This document shows positions 63,301-64,000 of a DNA stretch of 64,000 nt, one piece after another (the stretch's first letter is position 1; every line of letters begins with the position of its first letter). The notes beneath the pieces are model-generated. The model was not told the DNA's origin. It worked only from the letters and a program-made list of their open reading frames with translations, and made no database searches. The position numbers and the translations under genes were made by a program. The stretch is taken from the NCBI GenBank assembly GCA_009103225.1, contig RHPI01002990.1, positions 700,767 through 764,766 on the forward strand, given 5' to 3'. Source of the stretch: Chlorokybus atmophyticus (taxonomy: Eukaryota; Plantae; Mesostigma and Chlorokybus algae).

Positions 63301-64000
63301 CAAGCTTGCAGCAGCAGCATCGTTGTTCACATGACGTCTTGGAACAACATATGGTGAACACAATCAGCAGTACCTGCAAAAGCACTCGGCAGCCTTGTTC
63401 ATCAGCCTTTTGCTTAAGGAGCTCCCCAAGAGTCAGTCCTTGATCGCCATCTACGGGTCTCTCGGGATCTCGGATGAGGTGGATCTCAGTGTAGACACTC
63501 CAGCCCGTAATATAGATGAAATGCCTGCCAGATTCAGTCTAAGGATAGTCTCGCAGAACAGCACAACATTGGGTATAGCGCTGGTAACAGTTCAACACTT
63601 CACACAAACACAGAACTAGCTTACTGTGCATCGCGTATGACTTTGAAAACATCTTCCCACGCACGACCTATTTCATACACGCCGCCATTGTCGAGTTGAA
63701 TCTCTGGTGCTTCATTATTGCGTACGTGAGCGTCCTTGTAAAGATGTATGCGGCAGCCCTTGCGTATATGAAAATAGGTGTGTGGAACCATAGGAGCGGC
63801 CTTCGCAATCTCTTCAGCTGATTCAAAGGCCCACATGTGCACCCGCACCTGTGTCACAATCAATCGTTGTCGTGCTTCTTCCTCGATTCAGCATTGATGT
63901 GACAATTCAATCTACCTCGCGTTCATCAATCTGATTGCCATTGTCATCGGTTAATGGAAACCACTGGTCGAAGTCTTCTCCTCTCATGACCAAGTTTGCT
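60361..64000 (-). CDS. PLD: Phospholipase D alpha-like (C2-PLD), 5'-partial, multi-exon
   Basis: [22 protein letters not shown]; HKD1 FSH|HQKTIMAD; DLCDGRYD; [11 protein letters not shown]; YIENQ|YFLGS; HKD2 FMIY|VHAK|[30 protein letters not shown]; C-terminus GTLPSLLTS* (TGA at 60361-60363). Confidence 0.95.

Overview
Intron-rich (GT-AG, mostly ~80-200 nt introns) nuclear DNA from a green-lineage alga. The plant-type LTD, Mn-CDF/MTP, PLD-alpha and tropinone-reductase genes point to a chlorophyte or basal streptophyte; the species cannot be determined from the sequence. Host genes at the left: a bacterial-looking Ig-like/GSDH beta-propeller protein (5'-partial), a tropinone reductase-like SDR, an ankyrin tail-anchored protein and a decayed S-adenosylmethionine synthetase copy. 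Host genes at the right: a HAD-IB hydrolase, a DAG-lipase-like class 3 lipase, LTD, an MTP9/10/11-like Mn transporter and a 5'-partial PLD-alpha. The centre (~15.6-38.6 kb) is a nest of mobile elements. It holds two copies of a ~510 bp TRIM, a non-autonomous TIR element (21979-38621), and a full-length decayed Ty3/Gypsy chromovirus (23819-38438, 1.33 kb LTRs, GGCAG TSD). Inside the Gypsy gag sits a Plavaka-type DNA transposon (~25690-32357). This transposon carries a spliced coiled-coil/acidic-tail gene and a Tudor domain fused to a phage/bacterial-type C5 cytosine DNA methyltransferase, which is the most interesting system in the window. All family assignments come from motif recognition by eye; no database searches were run.
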